Shown here: one piece after another, positions 25,801 to 37,210 of the stretch
Layout: every line of letters starts with the position of its first letter
Numbering within the stretch: position 1 is the stretch's first letter
DNA from: Mytilus californianus
Taxonomy: Eukaryota
Assembly (NCBI RefSeq): GCF_021869535.1
Contig: NW_026262679.1
Coordinates: forward strand, 87,358,001 to 87,422,000
Length of the DNA stretch: 64,000 bases
Direction: 5' to 3'
Made by a program: the position numbers and the translations under genes
The notes under the pieces: model-generated
Database searches by the model: none
What the model was told of the DNA's origin: nothing
The model's input: only the letters and a program-made list of their open reading frames with translations

Positions 25801-28800
25801 TATAAACTATATTTCTTTGTTGACGACCGTAAGTTGAACTGTTGTCGTTTGATTTTTTGTTTGTTTGTCGTTTGGTTATTTTCTCATTGAAATACACCCC
25901 ATACAGATCTATTGAAATACACCCCATACAGATCTATTGAAATGCACCCCATACAGATCTATTGAAATACACCCCATACAGATCTATTATTCATAAGAAT
26001 TCTATAGGTAACTAAACAATTCATATAGTTTCCATATATCTGCATGTAGATTTTTTCACTGTTATATGTATAAATATTTTCTGTGATTAGCCTTCAAAAT
26101 GTTAGACTATAAGCCTTACCTAATAACCTTTTTGTAATTACAAACACTGCCACTCTCGGTATTCTTGTTAGTTTTGGCTTTATACAATCACAGTATAAAG
26201 GAGAATACGTGTAACCAGTTTTACACTTTCTAAGGATAGCATAACCATCAATATGTATGATATAATACGACGGATCTGTCACTGCTTCAAGGTGGCAGCC
26301 TACAATTAAAGCAGATAATATGAAAATAAGACGTGGTATGATTGCCAATGAGACAACTCTCCACCCGAGACCAAATAACGTAGAAGTCAACACTACAAAT
26401 GCATAGGTCGCCGTACGGCCTTCAACAATGAGAAAATCATACGGCAAGTTTGTCACCTGTTAATGCTTCAAGACAACATTCAAAAGTTCAGAAACCAAGT
26501 TTTCATATATCGCTGCTTTTAAAGATGATAAAACCTTATTTAGATATATATTTGATTCATTATATTATACGTCTGGACAAACAAATAGGTATAGTTCATT
26601 GTTTATCCTAGTTGTGGTGGATATAGAAATATTCACCTAAGACGACTGTACGGAGATGTCAGTCCCATAGTATGAAAAAGTCTAGATTTTTTTGGGTGCC
26701 CATAAAGTGCGAAACGAAACAAAACAAAAAGAAAAGAAACGATACGATACGAAATAAAAAAAAACGAAATCAACGAAAAAAAAAACAAACGAAAAGAAAT
26801 ATAACGAAATTAAATCCAAATTAATCTAATATATCATAAAGAAATGAAATATAAATATTCTCTCCTTTTGCATTTAAAGACTTAGAATGGATTGTTTATA
26901 AGAAGTATTTGAATGATTGTGATGAATTAGTGTTTAACGTCCAGTGACACATATTACATGTATATCGGAACGAGAACACATTAGAGTGTTTTAAATATGA
27001 ACCCTGATTTGTACAAGATAGACATGATGAGTCGGATTACGTGTTACTTTTTAATGAACCAGGAAACAGTCCGCAAGACGAAATTTCACCGTGCCAGGAC
27101 ATTATTCCGACTCTGAGCAGACAAGTATTTGCTCTTCCTCCTTAATACCGCATATAGTGGAGAAACAGAAAATAAGAATTTATGGTTTGACTACGGCATG
27201 GCCAGGTATCGAAACGGCGACCCCAGTCTTGCAATTAATGCGAGCACATCACACGTGACCACTCAAGCGGTTAGAACCATTGTTTGATGGCAAATTATTA
27301 TCTCGGCTTAAGAGAGGCGGAAGATACCAGAGAAATATCAAAACTCATTAGTCACGGGAGTAAAAATGATAACACCATGGCAAAAATTGAAAGACAATGA
27401 ACTTGATGTGAACCAATGTTCCAAAAAAAGGGGTAATCTCAAGGACTCTGGAAGGGTACACAGATCTGGCTCAACATGTGGCACCCTTCGTGTTGCTTAT
27501 GCAATTACACATTTGGTGAGAGATAAGATTCATCCGGTGATGTCACTTTCAATGGAAAGAGGACGGAATTGTGGTTAAGACACTTGGAACATATCATATA
27601 TCGTCATTTGTGAAACAGATATTCCATAACAAATAACTTTAATTAAATGTATTTCCTTCTTGGTCTCTTATTAAGAAGTATGCCGTGTAATAAAAGTGCT
27701 CTATTACTTTCGACAAAATTCGGTTCACTTCCGCTGTGAAGTTTCATAGGGGGGATTTGTCTATTAAAATCAAAGAATGCATCTGTCTACCAGGCCATGT
27801 TTGTAAATGAAAATTGCTTGTTAAGGGCCTTCCATGAACGATCAGGAATATTTGCGAGTTTAGCTATATTTGGATCCACGTTTCCAGAGAAGAAAATGTG
27901 TAAAATTACCAAGAACGGAAGGACGAACGGACGGAAAGTGGTGCTAAAAGCACAGATGGCACTTTTGGTCAGATAACCTACTAAAATTCGGAAGGGTGCC
28001 ACTGGACCTTAAATGAATGAAATATAAATCAAATTAATTTTACACCATAAACACCATAACGTGTACTCGTTCCGATATGCATGTAATATTTGTCACTGGA
28101 CAATCAACACTAATTCATCACTGTCATCCATTGCTTCTTAATAACAATCCATTCTAAGGCTATAAATGCAAAAGGGAGAGAATATGTATATTTCGTTTCG
28201 TTATCATTATATATTCGATAAATTTTTAGTTCGTTTCGTTTTATTTCTTTTTATAAGGTTTGGTTTTTTCGTTGATTTTGCTTCTTTTTGTTTCTTTTCG
28301 TTTCGTTTTGTTTCGTTTCTTTTCGTTTTGTAATTTATAGGCACCCATTTTGTAGGCCCTAAAATACCAACTGAAGCAAGATCTTCATTGAAATGCAGTT
28401 GCTGTAAGATACTTATACAAACAAAGAGGTATGCATGGTATGATTGTCAATGAGACAGCTATGCACTAGGTAATATAGACTAACACACATATATTCTTTT
28501 TTCGTTCTTTCTTTGACCGTTTATAAGTGCATCAGTTCTAGACTTAATGAAACAAAAAGTATATTATACTAAAAATTGAGAATGGAAATGGGGAATATGT
28601 CAAAGAGACATCAACCCGACCAAAGAGCAGACAACAGCCGAAGGCAACCTATGGGTCTTCAATGCAGCGAGAAAATCCCGCACCCGGAGATGGTCCTCAG
28701 CTGGCCCCTAAATAAAATTGTGTGCTAGTTCAGTGAAAATTGACGTCACACTATGTCTATATGGTTGATTGAAATAGTTTACGAAAAATTAAAAAGAAAT

Positions 28801-30256
28801 GAATAAAAGAATTATGAACAATTTGTGTCAAAAGCTGATAATTAGAAAAAAAAATCATCTATTAATTAAGGGAGTGAAATTTTATTTTTTACTCAAATGA
28901 AAACACAAAAACAGTCATTGCATCTAATTTAAAGATGGTGTGGAATAAATCATCTATTAAAAGTAGTGAAATTTGATTATTTACTAAAATGAAAACAATA
29001 AAACAGTAATTGCATCTAAAGATGATGTGCAATAATAATATAAAAAAGAAATTTTTCAATTTATCTTTCTCGGTATATCTTATTTACCTTTTTCTATTAA
29101 TTTTTACAACACAACTACCAAAAACTCTACCGAGAATCAGGTAATTGATTGCATGGATTGAAGCTATAAAGGGTCTTTCTACTCTTGTGAGCCTGTATCG
29201 CTCATATTGCATCTATGCAAAATATTTCTTGCGTAATGGAAACGAGCAAACAATATTAATCAATAAGGTATAATCTACAATATGTCTCGACCGAGATCAG
29301 GAAGGATTTAGACTGATACTTGAAAAGGAGGATATAGTGAGGCAGAATATTTGCCTTGCATGAGGTCAATTGATCCCCGAAGAGATTCAGCTAAAAATCG
29401 GAAATTAACACATTTTTTTTCTAAAACCAGTTGTTGGCATGATACGGGTTATGTTCTTATAGCGTACATTTTATGATGGTATGATACTAAACCCCTAACG
29501 GGAGGGGTTGTGCTTGATTTTCATATGATGAAGACATTATCTTTCAATCAGTTTAATTGAGGTCTGGAGCTAGCATGTCAGTATCTAGTAGTCCTTTGTT
29601 AATTTATGTTGATTATTGTCATTTTGCTTAGTTTCCTCTGTTACTTATTCTAACATCAGACTTCTTTTAAAATGAATTTTACTGTGCGTCGTGTGTGTTT
29701 TGTTTATTCCACATTTCCTAGCGGTATAGGGGGAGGGTTGAGATCTCTCAAAATATGTTTAACCCCGCCGCATCTTTGCGCCTGTCCCAAGTCATGAACC
29801 TCTGGCCTTTGTAAGTCTTGTGTTTTTCTTTTTTCATTTTGGTTCATTTATATGTTTCGGACTTTAGGATGACGTCCTTTTTCGCTGAACTAGTATACAT
29901 TATTGTTTAGAGGCCAGCTGAAGCCCACCTCCGAGTACGGGATTTTCTCGCTTTGTCGAAGACCAATTGGTGACCTTGGGATGTTTTCTACTCATTGGTC
30001 GTTCTGTTGTAACTTTGACGCATTCCCCGTTTCCATTCTCAATTTTATAGACTACAAGTATTGTGTGGAGAAAACCGAGGCACTCACGCAACACGGGCAA
30101 ATTATGTCCAGTTTCTGACCAAACATGGCCGTGTATTTATACATTCCGCATAGACTTAACAGACGCATCATCATGAGTCCTACTGCTGGGTTGGAGTATT
30201 CTAAATTTCTAATATCTAGTCCAACATAAAGGAGGGTCGGAAGGAAGACATCGTCA
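19874..30256 (-). CDS. Spliced gene: chitin-binding-like Cys module plus LamG/ConA-like domain (Pif-like shell-matrix-type protein); N-terminus incomplete
   Basis: Phase-consistent GT-AG exons on the minus strand: 30256-30088, 28401-28368, 26299-26120, 22840-22434, 22161-22068, 20545-20460, 19903-19874 (TAG). About 330 aa without internal stops: ..ICPCC-QLHFNEDLASVG-CHLEAVTDPSYY..CKTGYTYSPLYCDC..-SCRPYFQFLFD..AVTFYGDGIITIW..FMVRFK..-DFSDWIVLF..-CAMEIGKD..FVGYVDS-IEFFNCFEK*. Confidence 0.75.
22434..22840 (-). CDS. Main LamG-like exon of the minus-strand gene
   Basis: Acceptor TTTTGTAG and donor GTT/GTAAGT; 407 nt, phase 1 to 0; lies within track ORF 22371-22958. Confidence 0.85.
23138..24045 (+). 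mobile_element. About 900-bp copy homologous to the 3' part of the Penelope-like element at 35138-36043
   Basis: Collinear from TTCGTTCTCAA.ACAAATGAACTTAAATGTAAACGTGAATTTCC to GACTTGGATGGA.AGTTGTCTCATT.GCACTC..ACC.CATCTT. Confidence 0.85.
25886..25988 (+). repeat. Minisatellite, 4 x 25 bp (ATTGAAATACACCCCATACAGATCT)
   Basis: Four head-to-tail copies with one substitution in copy 3; no spacers. Confidence 0.95.
26120..26299 (-). CDS. Chitin-binding-like (4-Cys) exon of the minus-strand gene
   Basis: Acceptor TAATTGTAG and donor AG/GTAAGG; 180 nt, phase 1 to 1; C..PSYY..G..C..G.TY....C.C pattern. Confidence 0.8.
26694..28346. mobile_element. MITE/foldback-like element with about 290-bp inverted arms (GGGTGCC...GGCACCC)
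   Basis: 26694-26983 is the diverged reverse complement of 28056-28346, including a (CGAAA)n tract. No convincing TSD. The interior holds other repeats. Confidence 0.7.
26915..27272 (-). mobile_element. Decayed tRNA-derived SINE
   Basis: The minus strand has a tRNA-like head with a B-box-like GTTTCGATACC near 27205-27215, followed by a SINE-like body and tail (TGTTTAACGTCCAGTG on the plus strand). Confidence 0.5.
29420..30047 (+). repeat. Interspersed repeat ending CATTCCCC.TTTCCATTCTCAATTTT; further copies at 28567-28750 (-) and 48985-49420 (-)
   Basis: Mutually alignable copies within the window; probably the 3' end of another retroelement family (inference). Confidence 0.7.
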
Positions 30257-31497
30257 CTGAATATATATAAATCATAATCAAGACACCTTAATTTTAAAAT
30301 GATATAGGCTACGTTAAGTTGACGTTTCACCGACGTTCAAATTACATAAACTGATTTAAAAGAACAATAGGTAGATCTTTAACATTTTTACCAGATTTCT
30401 CTTTCTAAAGCCGTTTCAAGATAATGTACAAAACTTTTTACCTCTATTTTTAGACATGAGTGCCATGTTTGTTGGCAGGCGGGATCATTGGACATATTTT
30501 AAACTAGGTACCCCAATGATGGTTGTGGCCACGCTTGGTTCAAATTGGCCCAGTAGTTTCTGAGGAAAAAATTGTGTAAAAGTTAACGGACATCAAGTGG
30601 TGAGAATAGCTTACTTGACCCTTTTGATCAGATTAAAAATAGAGAGAAAAAACTGTCTAGTGTGTGCAAACAAAAATGATATAAAGTTTAAACAGATTCG
30701 ACCATTGTTAAGAAGAAAGGTAAATATTTATTGCAGACAAACAACAGTCTACAAAACTTTACATAAAAAACAAGATTGAGCAACATGAACCCTCCAATAA
30801 CCATAACTGAACTCTGGTGTTCTCGATGGGTATGCCGTAATGTTGCTAATGACATGCAAGTAGAAATCTGACTATAAGTCGTATTCGATGTCTCATAAAC
30901 GAGAAAAATAGGATATTGTCGCTCCGCCAAGTGGAGCATATCCGTGGACATCTGTGAAGCATTTCTTCCATAATTAGAAATTAAAAAGTGTGAATGTATA
31001 TCTATACCTTTAACCATTCTTTTTGAAACATTAATTTGGCCTAAAAGAATGTGTTTCAAAAGGAATATGTTGCTTCGATATTTTCTATTTTATATTCAAT
31101 AATCCCGCAGAGTACATTTTGCTATTGTAGCCTACAAATGACGTGAAACATTGGTCTTTTTAAATCAAATATAATATAAATCATCTCAATGGTTTCTGGT
31201 TTTAAAGCTGTTCCCTCTAATACAGTAAACATAAATAGTCATAGTTATTGTAGATAGAACAAATGTGTTTTCTGCATTTTTTATAGCAATTAAAGACCAA
31301 TACAAAGGGGCGATCAATTTCCAATGATCTCCATTCAAAATTGTATGGAATGATTCTGCCGTCTAACCAATACATTAAATAAATATCTAATGAATGCAAT
31401 TAAATTGCGATTGCAATATCCCATGGTGGTCCAAAGTAATTGAATGTGTGATACTGTTTTTAACAATAATTGATGATCTATTTTAAAAATGTAATAC

Positions 31498-31597
31498 CTG
31501 AATTTGTTGGAGCAACAGGGAACAAGTTGTTTAGGAATGCTTGACTGGTGCATGGTAAAACTTGTTCTAACAGGTACATCGCCGTTAAAATAAACAT
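31498..31597 (-). CDS. Candidate 5' coding exon (possible signal peptide) of the minus-strand gene
   Basis: Acceptor TTTCTTGTAG and donor CAG/GTATTA. One frame gives MFILTAMYLLEQVLPCTSQAFLNNLFPVAPTNS; a second open frame joins the 30256 exon directly. The frame is unresolved. Confidence 0.45.
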
Positions 31598-32834
31598 CTA
31601 CAAGAAAGATAAATTCCTCAAAAAATTGCATATCAATTGAAGAGAAAAAAATATTTACAAAATATCTACCAAATAAATTCATCCCTAAGGTTATAGCTGA
31701 CATCAGTATGTATCAGTATTAAATTGATTATGAAAATATAAAATTTATTATCAGATGAACTTGACAGTTATGGATAAATAATGTCTTTTAATATTGCGTA
31801 GAAGAAAAAACTGACGCAAATTAAAATGTCATAAACAAATGCCGCCAACAGCATAAGTCGCAGTTGTTTGGTACTTGATTCAATGTTTGTCCCCCAGATG
31901 CTATCTGCTGTTTTTCGAGTGATTCAGTTATTTCACTTACAATATCTATGAAAAAATATACAAGTTGTAAAGATGCCATATAGAAATAATTGTGTTATAA
32001 TGTTTGTAGCAACATATCGGCAAAATCTCAAACTTGAATCGACAAAAATGCATGACATGTGTAATCTTCCTTTCATCTTTGCTAACCAAATTAATGCCTG
32101 TGAACCACATAGTGCGCAGAGTTCGACAAACTAAATATTAAAGTCAGATATATATGTTGTTAACAAACATAACGTCACAAGATCATTTTTGTCAACACTT
32201 GCGCTTCATGTTTCCGGTCCTAAAACTAATTGAAATTGGACTGTTCCCGTTGAACTTGGTGGAACATTCAATCGGAAGTTGATGGTAGCCTTGACGTCAT
32301 ATAACAAGAACGCTGATACGTAAATTTTCATATAAAAGCATATTTTCTATCTAATCATTGTTTTAACTATATGTGATGCATTTTGATAATAGTCAGTAAA
32401 TAATAATTTGCAATATAAGACAGATATTGGGACCATTTTTGGACCTTGGTGAACCTGCTTAAACATGACATGATATGTACCGATTATAAGGTTGTCTGCA
32501 TATTGATAGTGTAAAGTACCAGCTGCCAGTCACACTATTAAGCTTTTTGTTGAGTGAGCACAGTGAACGAGTTTCATATTGTGTCAAGCAGCTGATATTT
32601 TACAATATAAATAAGATTAAAATCTGATAATTGATTTATCGAATTGTATTTGTGTATTTTGCATGATAGAAACAAGTGTTTTTCTTTGGTTCACCAGCTA
32701 AACCGGAAGTTGACTATAGTTCGGGTCAAACTTATCAACGTCGGTTCATTCATTATGACATTGGTGATACGTCCGGGTCAAAGTTATTTAGGCTTGGTTT
32801 ACGTATTTGACGTCACAAAGTCGTGATATACTTT

Positions 32835-32993
32835 TAAGAATTGAATGCTTCTTTTTGTAAATTTATTCTGGTGTAAAAGCGTTGACCTAAGTACATTTTG
32901 TATGAAGCGCGGAAGCGCTTCATTCTAAAAATATGCGCACGGTCAACGCTTTTACAATCCTATAAAATTACTTAAAGAAGCATTCAGTTCTTA
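32835..32993. repeat. 159-bp foldback palindrome
   Basis: TAAGAATTGAATGCTTCTTT..TGTAAAAGCGTTGACC..GAAGCGCGGAAGCGCTTC..GGTCAACGCTTTTACA..AAAGAAGCATTCAGTTCTTA. Confidence 0.85.
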
Positions 32994-33299
32994 CAATTAC
33001 ATTTTTTTGCTAGGGTCATGAAAACACGATTTCTATCGATTTTCTTTTATTTACCTGTGCACTTTATTGTGGAAGCTCGTGTCATAATGAATGTTACAAT
33101 TCATTTTGAAATGAAGGTTAATTTCAGAATGACGCAAGATTGCTGTTAGCCAATCAAAATAACGTATTATAATGAAATATACATGTAATGCAATTATAAT
33201 TTTATGAAGAGCTGAGCAGAGTGATACAGGTCGACAGTGGGAACAACTATAAACAATTTTATGAAGAGCTGAGTAGAGTGGTATAGACAGTGCGAACAT

Positions 33300-36043
33300 C
33301 GATAAGATTGTTTATACTGCCCATACGTCCGTTGAGAAAGGCTTGTATCCCAAATTATTGTGAGATTGTATAACTTTATAAATTTACGTTAGATAGGCAC
33401 CACCTATTATTTCGTATTAATACAAAAAAACCTAGCAGAAGTTTGAATTTTAATTATACGTCAGTAACATCAGACGTCAATATAGAAAATAATGCTCATT
33501 CCACTTGAGACAGTGAAACATCTAGTTTTAGATATGTTCCCTATGGTCATGTCATGGCAGGAGACCACAACATCGTTGAAGACCGTGAGGTCAAAACTTT
33601 TCTTAAGAAAGGACCTAAATATCGTCCTCCATCTATTATAGATTGGAAACAGCGTCGTTAGGTCATAAAAGACGCCCTGTCTGCCTACTGTAAACATTGG
33701 TGTAAACGTGAAATATCTGATAAAAAATTTCTGAACAGTTATTTGAATAAAATTATGAATACTGTTGATATTCGTATATCTCATTTTGAAAACAATAATA
33801 GGGTTCATGATTTACCCATATCTAGAATAGAAAATAAACTCCAAGTACTTGCAAAGCGGTTTGTGTTCGTACCGGCAGAAAAAGCAGCCAATAATATAGT
33901 GGTGGTGTGACGCATATACTACATGGAAGTTCTCCAAAACGAAATTATCTATTCTTCTACATTCAGGTCCGTACAGAGAGTCAAGCATATCACTGCCACT
34001 ACCCAGCGTAAAGCCTCTTCCGAATATTTGAAAGTCCCGACTATGTACTGGTTACCTAAATTACACAAACAACCATTTAAATTTCGTTTCATCTCCGCAT
34101 CTAGTATATATATAAGTATTCTACTACTAATCTGTCAGTGCTTCTAACTACCTCCCTTACTACTATCAAAGAACTTGTTATTAACTTTTGTAATAAAGCT
34201 TATGAAAATAATGGTATTAATTATTTTTGGAGTGTTCAAAATTCTTTAGAGGTTTTAGATCAAATTCGTGCTTTTGATGGTCCTTTTAATTCTGTTGCCA
34301 GTTATGATTTTTCTACTCTCTACACTACACTTTCACACAATCTTCTCAAGAAAAAGTTTTCATATTTGATTAAATGGTCTTTTGAAAAATCTCGTTGCAA
34401 ATTTATTTGCTGTAACTCGTTAAAAGCCTTTTTCTGTAACAAAAAAGGAAAGTATGCTAGATACACTCACTAGAAATGTGAAGATATGATTGAATCTTTA
34501 AATGTTCTCCTGGACAACATATATGTACGTTTCGGCGATAAAGTGTATCGACAGGTAGTAGGTATTCCTACGGGCACTTATTGCGCCCCTTTAATAGCAG
34601 ATTTATTCCTGTATCGCTATGAATCTCAGTTTATGACCAAACTCAGTAAAGAAAAGTCATTGTTACATTTGGTTGACACATTCGTCATTACCTACCGTTA
34701 TCTTGATGATATTTTTTTGTTAAATAATCCAGAGTTCTCTAAATATACTACCGAAATTTACCTAAAGGAACTTACTTTAAATAAATATAACATAAACAGC
34801 AGTAGTTGATCTGTCTAGATTTAGACATTTCAATTTCTAAAGGGAAACTCCATACTAAAATTTTAGACAAAAGAGACGATTTTCCATTCCCAATTGTTAA
34901 TTTTCCTTTTTTTAGACGGCGATGTTCCTTTGGCTCCATCATACGGTGTTTATATATCCCAACTCGTTCGTTATGCCCGTATGTGTAGTGATGTCATTGA
35001 TTTTAACGAACGTAATCAATGCATCACTGATAAACTATTAAGTCAGGGATTTCGTTACCATAAATTACTTAAAACTTTTACTAAATTCTTTCATAGATAC
35101 ATTGATTTCATTAGTAAATTTGGCTGTACCTGTAAATTCGTTCTCAACACAAATGAACTTAAATGTAAACGTGAATTTCCTTTCAAATAATTTTAATGAA
35201 CTGGATGCATGATTTTTTATTATAAATTGTTTTTGGCTTTTAACTAGCTTTCAGTAACTGCGAGTACTCTCAAATCGTACTTTTGTGTTAATTTGACCTG
35301 TTACACAATTTGTAATGCATTTTTGTGTTCAATGTTTACTTATTTTGTGTTATATCTCGTCTCACTATTTTTAATATGTACCACCTTTGATAAGTATTTA
35401 GTATGACGATAAATTTTCACTGCTGTTCTCGTACTATGAACAACAAATTTATTTATTTTGTAAAAAATAACTCCGTACTCCTAACAGCAAAATTATTATA
35501 TTTAAATTTACTTGTGTACGTTATTTCATTTAACGCCAATTTGTTCATGGTTATAGTTGTCTTTTTGACATTGTGTCATAGATCAAATTTATTCGTTCAG
35601 TGTATGTTTACTTGTTTTTGTTAATATGTCTTTTTGATTGAGTTAAGCCATTTCAATTGATATTTTATAGTGTGTCTTTCTATGATGTAATGTTACACTA
35701 CTGTTTCAGGTTAGGGTGAAGGTTGGCGCCTGTTAAAACGTTTAAACCCGCTGCATTTGTTTGCACCTGTATTAAGTCAGGAACCTGTTTCAGTGGTTGT
35801 CGTTTGTTGATGTGGTTCTTAAGTGTTTCTCTTTTCTCGTTTTGTATAAAGATTAGACCGTTGGTTTTCCTGTTTGAATTGTTTTACACTAGTCATTTTT
35901 GAGCCCTTTATAGCTTGCTGTTCGGTGTGAGCCAAGGCTCCGTGTTGAAGGCCGTACTTTGATCTATAATTGTTTACTTTTTAAACATTGTGACTTGGAT
36001 GGAGAGTTGTCTCATTTGCACTCGAACCGCATCTTATTTCTAT
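33300..36043 (+). mobile_element. Penelope-like retroelement (Naiad-type RT), 5'-truncated and frameshifted
   Basis: Motifs YVPYGHV.AGD, KGPKYRPP, FVFVPAEKAANNIVVV, MYWLPKLHKQPFKFRFI, YDFSTLYTTL, RQVVGIPTGTYCAPLIADLFLY, YRYLDDI, DKRDDF, SYGVYISQLVRYAR, KLLSQGFRYHKL. No C-terminal GIY-YIG is visible. Ends in the common GGAGAGTTGTCTCATT.GCA.TC tail. Confidence 0.9.
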
Positions 36044-37045
36044 TCAGTTGTATACTCCATCATTCTGTACACAATATTTCAGTAGGGTTGGAATTCTAGA
36101 CTATGTATTTATTTGCACATGTAACCGCATATGAATAACAAAGAAGTATAATAGCACAGTTATCGAAGTACGTATCAAGTATTTTCAGATATTCCATAAC
36201 TGTAAAAAAAAATAATCATAATTTGGTTGATAGTTATAGCCTCCGTTTACATTTTTTTCTTTCAAGGATAATTTAGAACCCTTGAATCAATGTTCTTTGA
36301 CAGCAACAACACTCTGTAAAGGAATATGTCATTGTAAACATAAGCCCTAGGACGCAGTTAACGTCGATCTTTTTGTTTTATTAAAAGCAAATAAAAAGAG
36401 GCGGATTGCAGGCTTTACTTTTCGCGATTGCAGGAAACCAAATAACAATAAATCAAAAATAATTTTCCTCAATATCTGGATTTACATGTTATAACAGTTG
36501 TAATAAAGTAACAATTATTGCGTTTTACGTGCATAGATGGTACTGCACCATGGCAGATCTACTTAACTATTATGTTACAATAGTTATTACTTAATGGTAA
36601 ATTAAGTACATAAAATGATATGTTAATAACAAGAAACACGAACGGTACATGTGCGGAAGTGTGAAGCAGTTATGTTTGATGTTCTAACATACGGCATACG
36701 TAGCATGTCAATGATTAATGTGTGCAGTTTTACCCAACTGTTTGTGTTGACACTGTAAAAAAATGCAGTACGTATCTAGGCATTGTTAGCATTGCACGAT
36801 AGCGCATAACATTTTTAAAAAGAAATACACATTACTATTTACGTGAAATGGTTTCAGTTATCTTTATTTTTTTATCAATTTCATAAATAAAAAGTAAAAT
36901 AAAGGCGTAAGCGGTCGATGATTTGATTCTAAAGAATGGGTGGCAGATTTTGGAAATAAATAATCTTGCCTTATCACACAAGAAAACAATTATTCAACTC
37001 CCAATTCGCTCGCCAAATGTATAATAGAAGTATTGTCAGTGGTGT

Positions 37046-37210
37046 CAGTGGCAGATTCAGGGGGAATAAAATCACCCTCTTTAAATTGAAATATATCTTT
37101 TTTGCCTTAAATCATTAAAAAAAAAATCCCCTCGCTACGCTCGGTCGATTTATTAAACCATTTTGGACTAATACGCCCCTATCAGAGGACCGTTACTGGA
37201 TCCGCCCCTT
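37046..37210. mobile_element. Short MITE with hAT-like TIRs
   Basis: Left CAGTGGCAGATTCAG versus right CTGGATCCGCCCCTT (about 11 of 14 matches); no TSD found. Confidence 0.5.

Noticed and set aside
25886-25988. CRISPR-like appearance of the 25-bp repeat
   Set aside because: Contiguous tandem copies without spacers, no cas genes, eukaryotic context.
27200-27272. tRNA gene
   Set aside because: Only a degenerate tRNA-like head with no cloverleaf; it is continuous with a SINE body.
29250-29380. Candidate extra exon of the minus-strand gene (acceptor at about 29380)
   Set aside because: No donor in a compatible phase. The 34-nt exon 28401-28368 already joins the flanking exons correctly.
35190-36043. 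SECIS element for the TGA-containing RT
   Set aside because: Several ATGA words are present, but I could not build the AUGA/GA kink-turn with an apical AA loop by eye. This needs SECISearch3 on a family consensus.
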